A DNA stretch of 64,000 nucleotides from Octopus vulgaris (GCA_951406725.2 OX597825.1:56234001-56298000), one strand, 5' to 3'; counted from the first letter of the stretch, positions 43,324 to 58,347 are shown. Translations and numbers: made by a program. Notes: generated by a model from the sequence alone, not told the origin.

Positions 43324-43370
43324 CCACCAGATAACGTGATTTCGACCCTCCTTGATCTCATCGGTGATGG
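43324..43370 (-). ncRNA. Decayed type I hammerhead motif (same family as 50519-50565)
   Basis: CCATCA-CCGATGA-GATC/aaggag/GGTC-GAAA-TCACGTTA-TC-TGGTGG. There is a U4>C change and one mismatch in the palindromic stem III. Confidence 0.6.
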
Positions 43371-44449
43371 ACGCTCAGACGCTAGAGCCTACAGCGACTC
43401 ATCGCCTCGCAAGCGATATATAGAAAATCCTTACCTATAGCAGAAAGGATTATCATCAATGTTATTATTGTTTCTGATGACGACGAGTGCGACGATATTG
43501 ATGACGTTTCATTTTGAGCCATTGCATCGTTTCAGATCCTGTCAAATAAATACCAGTAAGATATTTATGATAATCATATCGATCTCTCCACCAAACAAAC
43601 TCTCGTGTGTGGTAGTCATGTTTATACACAAAGTACTTCTTTACCTCATATAATATTTCAGTTAATATCCATTACTGGATATCTTTATTTAGTAGAAACT
43701 GCTGTTATATACTGCTCTCATAGGCTTCGTTTCGCTGATATACTTCATTTCGAGTATAGTGCTTGCTTTACATTACAAATGCCTCAGTTATTAAATGCAA
43801 TTATTTAAAACCTAAAAGTACAGCTGGAAGTGTCACAGCAGATGTAATATCTTCCACGAAACACAACTAGACATTATATCAGGTATGAAACACAATATTA
43901 AACACGATACATCTTCAGAACATCTATATACAGATATAAGAGTATTAGTGACGACCGATCTATATCTGACATTGCTTGCCAAAATAGCTTATAGAATTAT
44001 CTTAGAATGAATAAAAAGAAAAGTAAAGAATCGTTTAGAATGAGTCTTCTAGATCTTCATAAGGATAATGTGTCGATAAGAGTCCTAGATTTCCTGTAAC
44101 CTTTAAGGTATATCGCAGGTTCAGGAAGTTAGGGTGAAATAAATATCTAAATGTAGTAAATATTCAAAACGTTTTTCAAAACCAAGCCATGTTGTAACTA
44201 TAGAACTTTTACAGAAAGAGTAGTGGGTGGGGGAAATACTCATAAGAAATGCAGAATGTGTAGGTCTAAGAATAAAACCAGGAAGAATGAAATCACTCAC
44301 TATTATAATAAAATCAATAGTTTATTCGCAAAACCTCCCGTGTCACAGAAAACACTACTGTTTGTGGAGGAAGAGTATGAATGGAATAATTTTCTCTTTA
44401 TAATTTCGGCTAATGTTAGGCTTCAAATAAAAAAAAAGCAGCATTCACT

Positions 44450-46375
<1,926 letters not shown>

Positions 46376-48911
46376 TGTTGTTAAGTCCCATGATTTTTGA
46401 TCATACTTTATTGTGTAACACTTCGTGACAAGTACACCTCATATATATATATCCTGGCAAATTATCATTCCATCACCTTGGAAAATTCAATATGCTTCCC
46501 ACTCTCTTTCTCTCTCTCCCCCTCTCTCTCTCTCTCTCTCTTTCTCTCTCTTTCATTCTCTCCTTCTCTCTGTTCTCCGTCTTTTTTTTGTAATTAATTA
46601 ATTTTTTACGAGATGCTTCTTTATTCCAATAGAATTTCTTCCATAAATTATAAGAACTATTCTGGTGCCTACCTAATTTCTCTTCGAATCACTTCAACAC
46701 CGAAATATACTGACAAAATATTTTTAGATGTTTAGCAGCGCTCTTGCACAAATTAATTCTTTACACAAATAACATTACGAAATGTTTGTGAGTAATTTGT
46801 ATCGGAGAAATCTCTTTAAATGTATATTTAGTTCGGTGTTATCATCACCACCCCCACCACTACCGTCACCACTGCCTTTGCTCATCACACATCAACACCA
46901 ACCAACTACCACTATCCCCACCACTAACAATACTGTTCACTGCCACCGTCACCACACACCAATAACTTCATTACCTCTATTCATATCTCCATCAATAAAA
47001 CCTCACCGAGGTAAACAGCGATACTCTAAATAAATCTCAAAGATTCTTTCTGACTAGCTTTAACAATATAGGTTATTGTTGTTGTTGTTATTGATGTTGT
47101 TATTGTTGTTTTTGTTGTTGTTGTTGCTGCTGTTGTAGTTTTATTTCTATTTATTTCTTTATTTATTTTTTCCACATTTTCTTCAAAGTATTAATAACAG
47201 AGAATTATAACATTCTTTACACATATTCCATCATCGAGTGAAAATGTGATTTTTTTTCTTTCTCTCCCCCACTTCACTTTCTCTCCCCTTATTCTCATTT
47301 CTGTTTCTCTCTACCTCTCTCTCCATCTCTGTTTCTCTCCGACTCTGCTAAAAGAACTAAAAGACAAAAACAGCAAAATATCAAATATACATTTGGTTTT
47401 TAATGATAGTATTGTTGAAAGATCAATAGCTATCAGGTTACGAACTTAAAAATGGATAAAAAATACTAAATGAATTCAGCAATAAAAGGTTCTAAAGTCT
47501 GGTATATTCGGGACAATAATTGCCAATAATGTGCTATGCTATACACATAACAAAGAGAAGAATTCTATTCAAAAGGCTTAAATATATCCACATTGCTGAG
47601 AAGCGATTACAAAGATATTTCGCTAAGTATCTAGGCCATTATATTTTACTTAAAGCATTGTTAGAGACTATCTACATATTCTCAAACACTCACTCAGTTA
47701 TACTAATTGATCAACTTCACAATTCTATCAACAGCCAACAGTGTGATACCATAACATTTACTAAACGTAATAATAAAGAACAGTCGCATCTTCAAAACGC
47801 ATAATAAATATGCCAGTTTAGAGAGTTAACGAACGTCCAAAATAGATTTCTACATCCCAGAAGGTCTTTGTGATATTTTATAGACTTAGAATGAATTAAT
47901 AGTTATTTTCAGATGAAATACGTTTCAGAACTATTTCGGTTATCAACAAACAAAAACAGAGAAGATGAAGTCGTATAAATATTCTTTTTATTAAAAATCA
48001 AAGCCATTTTTAACGTTATGGATTGCTCATGCAGATGTCATCCAGAAAATGATATATCAGTGAAAATACTTCCATATTGTTTTAGTGTTACTTCAGACAG
48101 GATCGTAACGAAAACGGAAATAGAAACGTACGGAAATTTCTGAATGAAAACATAATTTTAGCATTCTGAGAATGCCTTGTGTCTACGTGGACAAATGGCC
48201 GTATAAGTAGACTGTCCGGAAAATAACTTACCCAGGCTTTGCTATGCTTACGTCCGTTACATTCTAAACCAATTAACATTAATTTTGATCTCCTTAAATC
48301 TAGAAAACGATACCCCAGTATGGCGACAGTGCAATGACTGAAATCTGAAAAATACGATATTGTATTATATTTACATCTGATATCGAGCTTTGTTGCGCCG
48401 GACTTTATCGTGGCTTAGAGAGACGTGATGTGAGTTCTAGAAGGTGCTTTCGATCCCAAGAAACAAATATCCATTAACACTTAAACTGCGAAGATCTGTC
48501 GTTAAATTCAGGAGTGAATTTACCTATTTACCTACTTTTGCAGAATATATATATGTGATTATACTAATGGACAGTACAGATGTTTTATTTGTTCACGGAT
48601 CTACCAAACGAATAGCTATATTAATTGGATTTTTAATTGGATTTCTCTTCCTGTTCTCTACAAAATGTGCTACAATAAAATTATTGATGAATAATGTTCT
48701 TCCGCTGTTACATCTGTTTAACCTTTCCTCCTTTGATAGTGAAATAATCAGCTGGTGGAATCCTCGGTTGACACGACGTTCCAATATCTTGAATATTCTA
48801 GAAACATGCCAAATTGAGCACTCAGAGAGCATACCTATTGGTTTAAATCATCTTAACGAAAATAGCTTGTATCTTATACACTCACACACAAACACGCACA
48901 CACACACACAT

Positions 48912-49034
<123 letters not shown>

Positions 49035-49116
49035 CATAATAAATATTAGGGAATAAATCCAAATTTACAGGGAAAAAATCAGATTTAGGATTAAATCCAA
49101 TTTTATAGTAAAATAT

Positions 49117-49442
49117 TATATAATATTATTAGAGACAAAACCACTATTTTGCAAAACAAACAAGGAAAGACTTAATCAATACATAAAATTTAATAAAAAG
49201 TCAAAAAAACCGCCACTACAATTGTTTCTTGTCCTGATCGACAATCTTCAGGTGGACTTCCAATTTTCAAGTCAGTTATGAAACTGACTTGAAAATTGGA
49301 AGTCCACCTGAAGATTGTCGATCAGGACAAGAAACAATTGTAGTGGCGGTTTTTTTGACTTTTTATTAAATTTTATGTATTGATTAAGTCTTTCCTTGTT
49401 TGTTTTGCAAAATAGTGGTTTTGTCTCTAATAATATTATATA
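49117..49442. repeat. Perfect palindrome, 161-bp arms with 4-nt spacer (atga), PLE-type terminus
   Basis: 49117-49277 is the exact reverse complement of 49282-49442, checked base by base. The left arm extends ~80 bp further to ~49035. Flanked by (TA)n. Confidence 0.95.
49304..49346 (+). ncRNA. Canonical minimal type I hammerhead ribozyme (mirror copy 49213-49255, minus)
   Basis: CCAC-CTGAAGA-TTGTC/gatcag/GACAA-GAAA-CAATTG-TA-GTGG: all core nucleotides present, perfect stems I and II, palindromic stem III ACAATTGT. Predicted cleavage after GUA at 49342. Confidence 0.9.
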
Positions 49443-49458
49443 TATATACATATATATG

Positions 49459-49801
49459 TGAAGGCGCATGGCTCAGTGGTTAGAGCGTCGAGCTTACGAT
49501 CGTGAGGTTGTGAGCTCGAATCCCGGACCGGGCTGCGTGTTGTGTTCTTGAGCAAAGCACTTTATTTCACGTTGCTCCAGTTCACTCAGCTGTAGAAATG
49601 AGTTGCGACGTCACAGGTGCCAAGCTGTATCGACCTTTGTCTTTCCCTTGGATAACACTGGTGGCGTGGAGAGGGGAGGCCGGTATGCATGGGCGACTGC
49701 TGGTCTTCCATAAACAACCTTTCCCGGACTTGTGTCTAGGAGGGTAACTTTCTAGGTGCAATCCCATGGTCATTCATGACCGAAGGGGGTCTTTACCCTT
49801 A
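49459..49801 (+). mobile_element. SINE family C, full length
   Basis: tRNA-like head ggcgcatggctcagtggttagagcg...ctcgaatccc. Matches 14283-14600 and 52687-52866(-). Confidence 0.9.
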
Positions 49802-49822
49802 CATATATATATATATATATAT

Positions 49823-49895
<73 letters not shown>

Positions 49896-49934
49896 TATAT
49901 GTATATATATCTATATAGTATATATATATAGTGT

Positions 49935-50220
49935 CTTCTACTGAGGCCTCAGGTCTACCAATCCCTTGTACGTGGATTTTGTTAACGGAAAACGAAGGAA
50001 GCCCGTCCTGTACATGTGTAAAAGTGTAATTCTCTGTATGTGTATGTGTTTGCCTAAGCGCACAGCCGATGTTCGTGTGTTTACGTCCCCATAACTTAGG
50101 TGTTCGGCAAAAGAGACCGATACAATAAACACCTAGCTTAAGAAAAATTTAAGTGCAGTGACCGTTTGGTTCGACTAAACTTTCAGAATGGCTGCAATCC
50201 AGTGACTGAAACAAGAAGAC
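49935..50220 (+). mobile_element. SINE family B, 5'-truncated and diverged
   Basis: gaagcccgtc, gttcggcaaaagagaccgata and tgactgaaacaag blocks shared with 4956-5358. Confidence 0.7.
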
Positions 50221-50518
50221 GATAATACGTACATAACATACATACATACATACATACATACATACATACATACATACATACATACATACATACATACATA
50301 CATACATGCATACATACATATATATATATATATATACACTTACATACACATACTTGGACGTCTGTTACGTTGCATGTGATACTATTTCGTCCAATCTTGA
50401 GAATAACAATCTGAGCTGTTTTATTGTTTAACCCAAGGTTTTTTTTAATTTTTATTTATTGAACAGTCAACCTATCGCCAAAGAGATTTCAACCGTAGTC
50501 TTCTCTTCTGCGCAGAGA

Positions 50519-50565
50519 CCACAAATTCACGTGATTTCGACCTTCTTTGGTCTTGTCAATGATAG
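50519..50565 (-). ncRNA. Decayed type I hammerhead motif (same family as 43324-43370)
   Basis: CTATCA-TTGACAA-GACC/aaagaa/GGTC-GAAA-TCACGTGA-AT-TTGTGG. Stem II is perfect and the stem III palindrome is intact, but the cleavage-site nucleotides are mutated. Confidence 0.55.
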
Positions 50566-50919
50566 CGGGGCTTACCATATGAGAGCCTCACTTATTGTAA
50601 CTATAGCAGTTTAGTTCTAACTGAACCTCCACGTTTGAGTGGGGATGAATGTCATCTGTCGGTATTAATATTGCCTCTATCCTTAATGAATATTTTTAAT
50701 GCGACTCCCATGAAAAAAATAACGCTTGTCAACGATATTACCAAGGATTGTTCGCGACCTGACGATGCACAAAGAAAGAAGAAAAAAACTGGGAAATTCA
50801 AATACCTGAACAGATATGATCAACAATTCTTGCTTCGAGAAATCTACTGTGATAGGCTATCTATCTATCTGTCTGTCTGTCTGTCTATCTTTCTTTCTAT
50901 CTATCTATCTATCTATCTT

Positions 50920-50964
<45 letters not shown>

Positions 50965-51776
50965 ATATCTATCTATCTACCTACCTACCTACCTACCTAC
51001 CTATCTATCTATCTATCTGTCTGTCTATCTATATATCCCGGTATTGTGATTTTAGCCTTTCTGTTTAAGACAAGGAAAATCTGAACTAACATTTGTTTAG
51101 TCGTCTACCTGACTGATTTGCTGTATATACCCTTTTGTTTCGAGTAAAAGACTGCCTATTAATATAGTATTCTTGGTATGGAATTTAATGACTTCTGACA
51201 ATAAGATTTTAAAAGCAAGAGAAAAAAAAAACAGGGACAACATTTTATGTTGAATTTCCTTAGAGAGACTAACGTCTTATCCTACTGAATGAAATAATAG
51301 AATTCCTCAGCGCGAGAAATACAGGAAATAAACAGTGTGTGATATCTTCAGGCCTGGCAGGTTGATTTTAGGAAAGATATATTAATTAATGATATAATTA
51401 ATTAAAATTATAATTGGTTGAACATTAATTAATTATAAAGTGTCAATATTACCTCTACCCAAATAATATATCGGCAGTATGACTGACAAATATGTCAAAT
51501 ATTCATGGCTTACATAGAGAATATTTCATAGCGACAACTGGGAGGATAACAGTGGAGGTGGCGCAGATGATAATAACGGTGATGATGATGATGTTCATAA
51601 TGATGATGATGATGATAACAACGATGACAATGAGGGCCCCGTGTTGGTGGTGATGATGGTGTTGTTTGTGTTCATGCATGGAAATTTAGGTGATGAGAAT
51701 AATGATGACAATGTGACGATGATGTTGAAATTTTGAAATTGATGGTCTTACTGCTGCTTCAGTTTCTGTTAATATC

Positions 51777-51835
<59 letters not shown>

Positions 51836-52004
51836 CGATGATGATGATGATGAAGACGATGTCGATGACGATGATGAGTTGCAGCGACAGCAACAACAGC
51901 GCTTTATTGTTGTTAATGGTGGTGATTTTTGTAATCAGTGGGGATGAATATTATGATTTATGATATTCCTAATAACAGTAATGTTGAGTGCAATTATGGT
52001 GGTA

Positions 52005-52063
<59 letters not shown>

Positions 52064-52308
52064 AGGTGTGTTGGTGGTGGTAGTGGTGGTTGTGGTCGTA
52101 TTGGCCTGTTGGCATTGCTCTCGGTAAAGTCTGTGATCATTTTTATTGGTATTGATACGAACGACATCAGCAGAAAAGGATCAGATTCAAATTACTTCAA
52201 TTTTATATATTACATATGAAAAATTCAAATAAGTTATCATTATCTATAAAAATGATGATAAAGTGGCCTTCAAACATTATTCAAATAAGCAACATCTATA
52301 ATAAAATT

Positions 52309-52650
52309 TCAGGGTACGATAAGTACCTATTTGCTTGAAAAAGTAGTTAAAATCCTCCAAAACCGCCCATCTCTCACTATATGTAAGCACACACGGAGAA
52401 TATAGCAAACATCTTTCTTCGAAACAGTCACCCTATTTGCAAAATGCATAGAGTAAAATAGAAATAACATCATAAACATTCTGGTATCAATTGATTTCGC
52501 CTTCTGTGTTGAATCAACATTTAAGGCTCATCTGCCAGACTTGCTACATAAACTATTTCAAAAAACATATTTACCTTTCCCTGCGCTTTGTTTTGGAGAT
52601 TTGAGATTTTAACTCCTCTTTCAAGCAAACGGGTACTTATCGTACCCTGA
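52309..52650. mobile_element. MITE with ~45-bp TIRs
   Basis: tcagggtacgataagtacctatttgcttgaaaaagtagttaaaatc ... gattttaactcctctttcaagcaaacgggtacttatcgtaccctga. Confidence 0.8.
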
Positions 52651-52686
52651 CTTCTTATTTAATATATATATATATATATATATATG

Positions 52687-52866
52687 GAGACCCCCTTCGG
52701 TCATGAATGACCATGGGACTGCACCTAGAAAGTCACCCTCCGAGGCACAAGTCCGATCAAGGTTGTTTGTGGAGGGCTAGCAATCACCCATGCATACCAG
52801 CCTCATTCTTTACACCAATTATGTTATCCAAGGGAAAGACAAAAGCCGATACAGCTTTGCACCAGC
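52687..52866 (-). mobile_element. SINE family C, 3' half
   Basis: gagacccccttcggtcatgaatgaccatggga... is the reverse complement of the 3' end of the copy at 49459-49801. Confidence 0.85.
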
Positions 52867-52954
52867 TAAGAACACTATAAACAAATCTTCTGTATGGTTG
52901 TTCGGTTAGAAATTGTCGAACCCTCACACGTCGTCGAACGATGGGAGTGTCCAT

Positions 52955-52980
<26 letters not shown>

Positions 52981-52985
<5 letters not shown>

Positions 52986-53743
52986 AAGAAAAAATAAGAT
53001 GGCTAGCAGCAGGCTGTTTCGCCTCATACCGAAGGAATTAGAAATGGCAGTCAAAGACCGTTTTTTCCATTTTCTATATAAGTGGAGATTCCAAAAACGA
53101 AGGCCCTTACGGCTCACATACACAAAACCGGAGTGGCAAATATACGAAATCAGTCACTTACCGTTAATAGCGAACACGTGTTTCTGGATCGCAAACATAG
53201 GAAAAATTTAGTTTGAATTCCGTCATCAGCGCTATATTCGATAGCTTTACCAAATGCCACCAGCCCTCACTTCTGACCCAGCGACATCAGATAGTGGGGG
53301 GAAGAGCGCAGATGTTAAAACTAAGTAGCGACTGGGAACGTAAATTTTCCCTCCAAAATTCTGCCATGCGCGCTTTCTGGGTAATCGTAATGGAATGAGG
53401 AATCCACATGGTAATGCAATAAAAATGGTAAATAATTTTCCTGTGGTTTTTCATGTAACCAACAATTATTTACCGGTAAATTTCGGTATGTAAATACGAC
53501 AAATTAATTGTCAGGACCTTTGTAAGGTTCAGTATATAGTAAAGAAAAAATAAGATGGCTAGCAGCAGGCTGTTTCGCCTCATACCGAAGGAATTAGAAA
53601 TGGCAGTCAAAGACCGTTTTTTCCATTTTCTATATAAGTGGAGATTCCAAAAACGAAGGCCCTTACGGCTCACATACACAATACCGGAGTGGCAAATATA
53701 CGAAATCAGTCACTTACCGTTAATAGCGAACACGTGTTTCTGG

Positions 53744-53745
<2 letters not shown>
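52981..53745 (-). mobile_element. Non-coding 556-bp unit in ~1.4 tandem copies carrying a hammerhead (retrozyme or non-autonomous PLE-like)
   Basis: 52981-53189 is repeated at 53537-53745 (period 556, one mismatch seen). (TA)n on both sides. Confidence 0.8.
53167..53235 (-). ncRNA. Type I hammerhead ribozyme with extended stem II
   Basis: ATAGCG-CTGATGA-cGGAatt.CAAAC...GTTTG.gaTCCa-GAAA-CACGTG-TT-CGCTAT: 6-bp stem I, intact core, palindromic stem III ACACGTGT, C.A mismatch at the base of stem II. Predicted cut between 53173 and 53172. Confidence 0.85.
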
Positions 53746-53819
<74 letters not shown>

Positions 53820-53899
53820 ATGTATGCATACACATATGTATTCTTTTATTCCTTTATATGTTTCAGTCCTAAGGCTGTGGCCATGCTAGAGCACCGCCA

Positions 53900-54540
53900 G
53901 TCTATCACTGCCTGCCTCTCCAGTCTTCGTTGTTGGGAGTAGATTCGTAACTCTTTCAGTTACTACTAGTAGATCAACTCTGCCATACATGTAATATTCC
54001 TTGTGTAGCACTTGAACTGCCTCAAGTCCCGCTATTAATTTTAAATTGTTGGGTGACCATAGTTGAGAGCAGTTGTCGAGACGGCAGTGTACAAATGTCT
54101 TCCATAGAACCAGTATCGCTTCCTGGTCTCTTGATCTGAAGGTTATCAGAATCATCCGCTCATTCGCCTGCACATTACCACCATCTTGGTGACATGTACG
54201 TGAAACGAAGCATCGTTGATCATATCATTCCCCAGATCACGCACTGAACGTGACTCTGAGATTTACCGTTCCTTTTGGTCTAAAGTATCGTTATTGCCGC
54301 ATGTGAGCACTAATTACCTGGTGATGAAGGGTTTAGAATTTACCTGCATTAAATGGCATTTTGTTTTCATAAGTCCATTTACGTATGGCATCCAGGTCTT
54401 TCTGTAGAATATTAACATCAAAAGGTTCATTGTAATACTTTTGTGTTGTCGGCATAGGTAGTAAGTGTGACTGCTAAAGATTCTGCTAGTTTGCCGTCTA
54501 TGTGCGTTAGTAACTGACGGCATGTCTAAATAGTTCCCTG
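53900..54540 (-). mobile_element. CR1-group LINE RT C-terminal remnant
   Basis: YLDMPSV...YADNTK (~54450) and ILITFRSRDQEAILVLWKTFVHCRLDNCSQLWSP...LEAVQ. Confidence 0.8.
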
Positions 54541-54721
54541 TACGTATATATTTTGTAGAATTCATGGTTATAGTTTAGATAGGTAGATTATATACAAACA
54601 CACATACACACACACACACACATATATGTATATACATATATACACACGTATGTATGTGTGAGTGTGCCTGTGAGTGCGTCTGTGTGTGTGTGGGAGTGTG
54701 CGTGTGTGCGTGTGTGCGTGT

Positions 54722-54921
54722 AGGTTTCTAATTTTAGCACAAGGACACCAGTTTCGGAGGCGGGTCAAAAACGACTACATTGACCCGAGTGCTTAACTGG
54801 TACATATTTGATCGACCTCGAAAGGCCTAAAGACAAAGTCGACCTTGGCGGAATTTGAACTCAGAATGCAAAGAAGGACGAAATGCTTCGTCCGACATGC
54901 TAAGGATTCTTCCAGCTCGCC
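54722..54921 (-). mobile_element. SINE family A
   Basis: actggtac...atcgacctcgaaagg...caaagtcgaccttggcggaatttgaactcagaa...ccagctcgcc. Confidence 0.8.
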
Positions 54922-55303
54922 GTGTATGGGTGTGTGTGTGTGTGTGTGTATCTAAAAACACTGAAGCAGCCTATACTATACAGTTTTTCTCTACTTTGAC
55001 ACTCTACACATCAAACAGGAAAGAGTCGAATAATGACCTAAATAGTGAAATAAATTCGGTGCGTGAGTATGATGAGAGAGAAAGAGAGAGAGGGGGGAGG
55101 GAGAAAGAGAAATAAAATAAGACCGAAGGAGGTGGGTTTGTAAGAAAAGGAGTGAGTAAGCGTACATTCGTTATTGACTCTGCTTTATATCTGCTGTACT
55201 GAGTTCAAATGATGTAGGATCTATAGCTGCCTTTCATACAGTTTGCGGTCGATAATATGGTGACAGAAAATTATATTCTCTAATCTGAGATATACACGCG
55301 CTA

Positions 55304-55449
<146 letters not shown>

Positions 55450-57960
55450 GATGGATGGATGGATGTATGTATGTATATATATATGTATGCATGTACATGT
55501 ATACATAATGCATAAACACCCATATATATATACGTATGATGTAAGTGTATATATATATACATATATATATATATATAGAGAGAGAGAGATTGATAGATAT
55601 ATCACACTATCACCACTATAATGTCGATTTATAACTATTAAAATAAACGCATAATATATATATGTGTGTGTGTGTGTGGTCGAATTATATACGGTCATAT
55701 AATATATACATATATACGTGGTGGGGACATATGTGCGGACGTGTTTGTGTCTGTCTGTATGTATGCATGTATGTATGTATGTATATATGTATGTATGTAT
55801 GCATGTATGTATGTATATATGCATGTATGTATGTATGTATGTATGTATGTATGTATGTATGTATGTATGTATGTATGTATGTTACAACATTAGCAGGCAG
55901 CGTAAAGAAAGTTCTTCGCTATATTAATCAGGTTCGCTATCTTAACAAATATAATTTCATTCCAAGTTTTAAGAGATTATCAAACCAGTATATTTTTAGA
56001 ATCATCAGAGCATGCAGAATCAGAAAATCAATGTTGCTTTTTGCAGTAATTCCACTATAGCGGCCATTTTGGATTTTTAAAATGGCCACCATAAAATTCA
56101 TATTTTGCGCTATCTCGGCTGCTAGTCAATCTAGAAACTTAATTAAGTATGCTAATCCTATGTTTTCTGGGTCAAGGAATCCAATAAAGGCCTCGAAGTA
56201 GTACTGAATATCATAGTAAGGCAGCAAACACAGGTAATAGAGAATAATTTTTGTTGCATTTGTGATATAATAGTATTACGTTGTGCATGTTGCAAGTCGT
56301 TTGACATGTTAGGTATGGGTTTAAAAGCAAGTAAGTAGCCATTTTATGTATGATGTTGAACTATGAGTCCTATACATGGGATCTAGTAAATCATATAGAA
56401 ATACAGTTTTACAGATCTTCATCTTTATCCTGAGAATTTTTATTAGCATTACAATCCGCATCACTTTTGCATCTCTTCCACACAAAAGTCTGTGAAAACC
56501 AAATGTTATCTGCTGCATAAATATTTATTGGCTGTGAAATGAGCGACTTCTTCCTCTACAGCCTGTTACTGATTTGATCGTTCACGTCGTTGAGACGTTT
56601 GCGTTATTCTTTAGCCATTAGTATGTGTTTAATGATTGTGCTGTCAATAATGTAATACTGAAAAGGATGTTTGCCTTGTGGCTGTTTTTCCCTTATATTT
56701 TACAACAACAAATTAACTTTGATGATATCAAAGAGAAGAATAACCTCGTTGAAATCTGATGTCAACACCAGGGACCTTTAAGTGAAGTGTTGGATTGTTC
56801 TGATTGTCTCAGTTGTCTTTACCAGTTTTTGGGTGAGCACAATTCCATTCTTTGAAATGGCAATTTTCGAACTGTTAGAGTGTGCTGAATTTATTTTCTT
56901 CACACGTATGTTCCTGAGATATTGGTGTTTGTGCATTCTGTTAGGTTTCACTGGGTTTCTTTCCTATTCTCCACGCGAAGTATAAACATAGACTTGTCTG
57001 TATGTAAGAAAATGTATTTCATAAAGTGAGAGTACACTTCCAGTTTCTTACTATAGTCTTTGGGTCGATTTTCTGGCCCTGCCTGACCAGAACCATAAAC
57101 CAATCATGGAACTATAGAATTGTTTTGTTTCATTTCAGATTTTTCGTTGATGGGTCGTAAAATTTCACATCCTAACAGGGACATAGACTTTTTCTGCTTC
57201 TTAACAGATTCCCCCAGACGAACGGATCAGTCTAAGCATTTCGACAGTCTTTTAAGTGTTACTAGCTACTTTTGTCGACAACATTCTAACTCCGCTGGAC
57301 AATATTTATACTCCTTCTTCTTCCAGAAGAACATATGCATGCGATAGAAAGTCTTAGTACTGACCACCTTCAGCTTTAAAGGTATTCTTGTGCTTTGGGA
57401 GGGAAGCCTTGGTCTTATTAACGGTGTCACGCTTTTTCTTGACAGCATTTGGTTGTATTTTGTAGGATTATTGTAGTTAAATTGGTAGTTATATTAAATT
57501 ACTTGCAAATGTTTATTAACAGGAGAGTGGGGGATCATAGGAATATGAGTTAAACCAGAATGTATTCGCATCATCCTATTTAATTGTCCGAATGCGGAGT
57601 CTGTGTCAATGGTACCGAATGCGGAGTCTGTGATACCCACTCTTGTGATATTCTTGTCCCGAATTTCAAGCTAGATTTCCAGATGATTTCTCATCTGATA
57701 CTTAGGATATCTAAGTAGTTGCCATGTCTCTGAAGACAAGAAGTAAGCACTTTGAATGAAATGTTTTTTGGACGGAATATGTGGGTGAATAATTTTAATG
57801 ACATAGTGGGGTATATACCCCCTAGATATCACTGATTTCTGGTACCAGTCTGAAGCAAAGGGTAAGATTGGGAGACTAACACCCCCGACATGGGTTTATT
57901 TGACAAAAAAAGTGGATTATGCTATTTAATTACTCCTTGAAAATTAGATTTCTAAGTTTT

Positions 57961-58172
57961 AAGGCGGCGAACTGGTAGAACAGTAGGCTGCCCGGTAAAA
58001 AGCTTAGCGGTACTGCGTCGGTCTTTGCATTCTGAGTTCAAGTTCCGCCGAGATCAATTTTGCCTTTCATTTCTTCGGGGTCGATGACAGTGCCAGTTCA
58101 GCACGCACTGTGGTTTATGTAATCGATTTACTGTTCCCTGAAATTACTACTCTTGTAGCAACATTTGAAACC
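57961..58172 (+). mobile_element. SINE family A
   Basis: Head aaggcggcgaactgg, centre tttgcctttcatttcttcggggtcgat, end tttgaaacc. Confidence 0.8.
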
Positions 58173-58344
58173 ACTTGAGTTTCTAAGTTGACTACAAGCC
58201 TAGTTATCGCAAATATACGAGTGCGCCTATGTGTGTATCTAAATGCTGAAACTCTTTTCAGAACAACTACTGAACAGTTACTAACTATGCGAATCTATAC
58301 TGAGCAGATACAAGCTTCTTAAGTAGATTTAGTCAACTTGACCA

Positions 58345-58347
<3 letters not shown>

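Noticed and set aside
49461-49535. tRNA genes at the SINE heads (also 14285 and 37259)
   Set aside because: They continue into shared SINE bodies and have poor acceptor stems, so they are tRNA-derived SINE heads.
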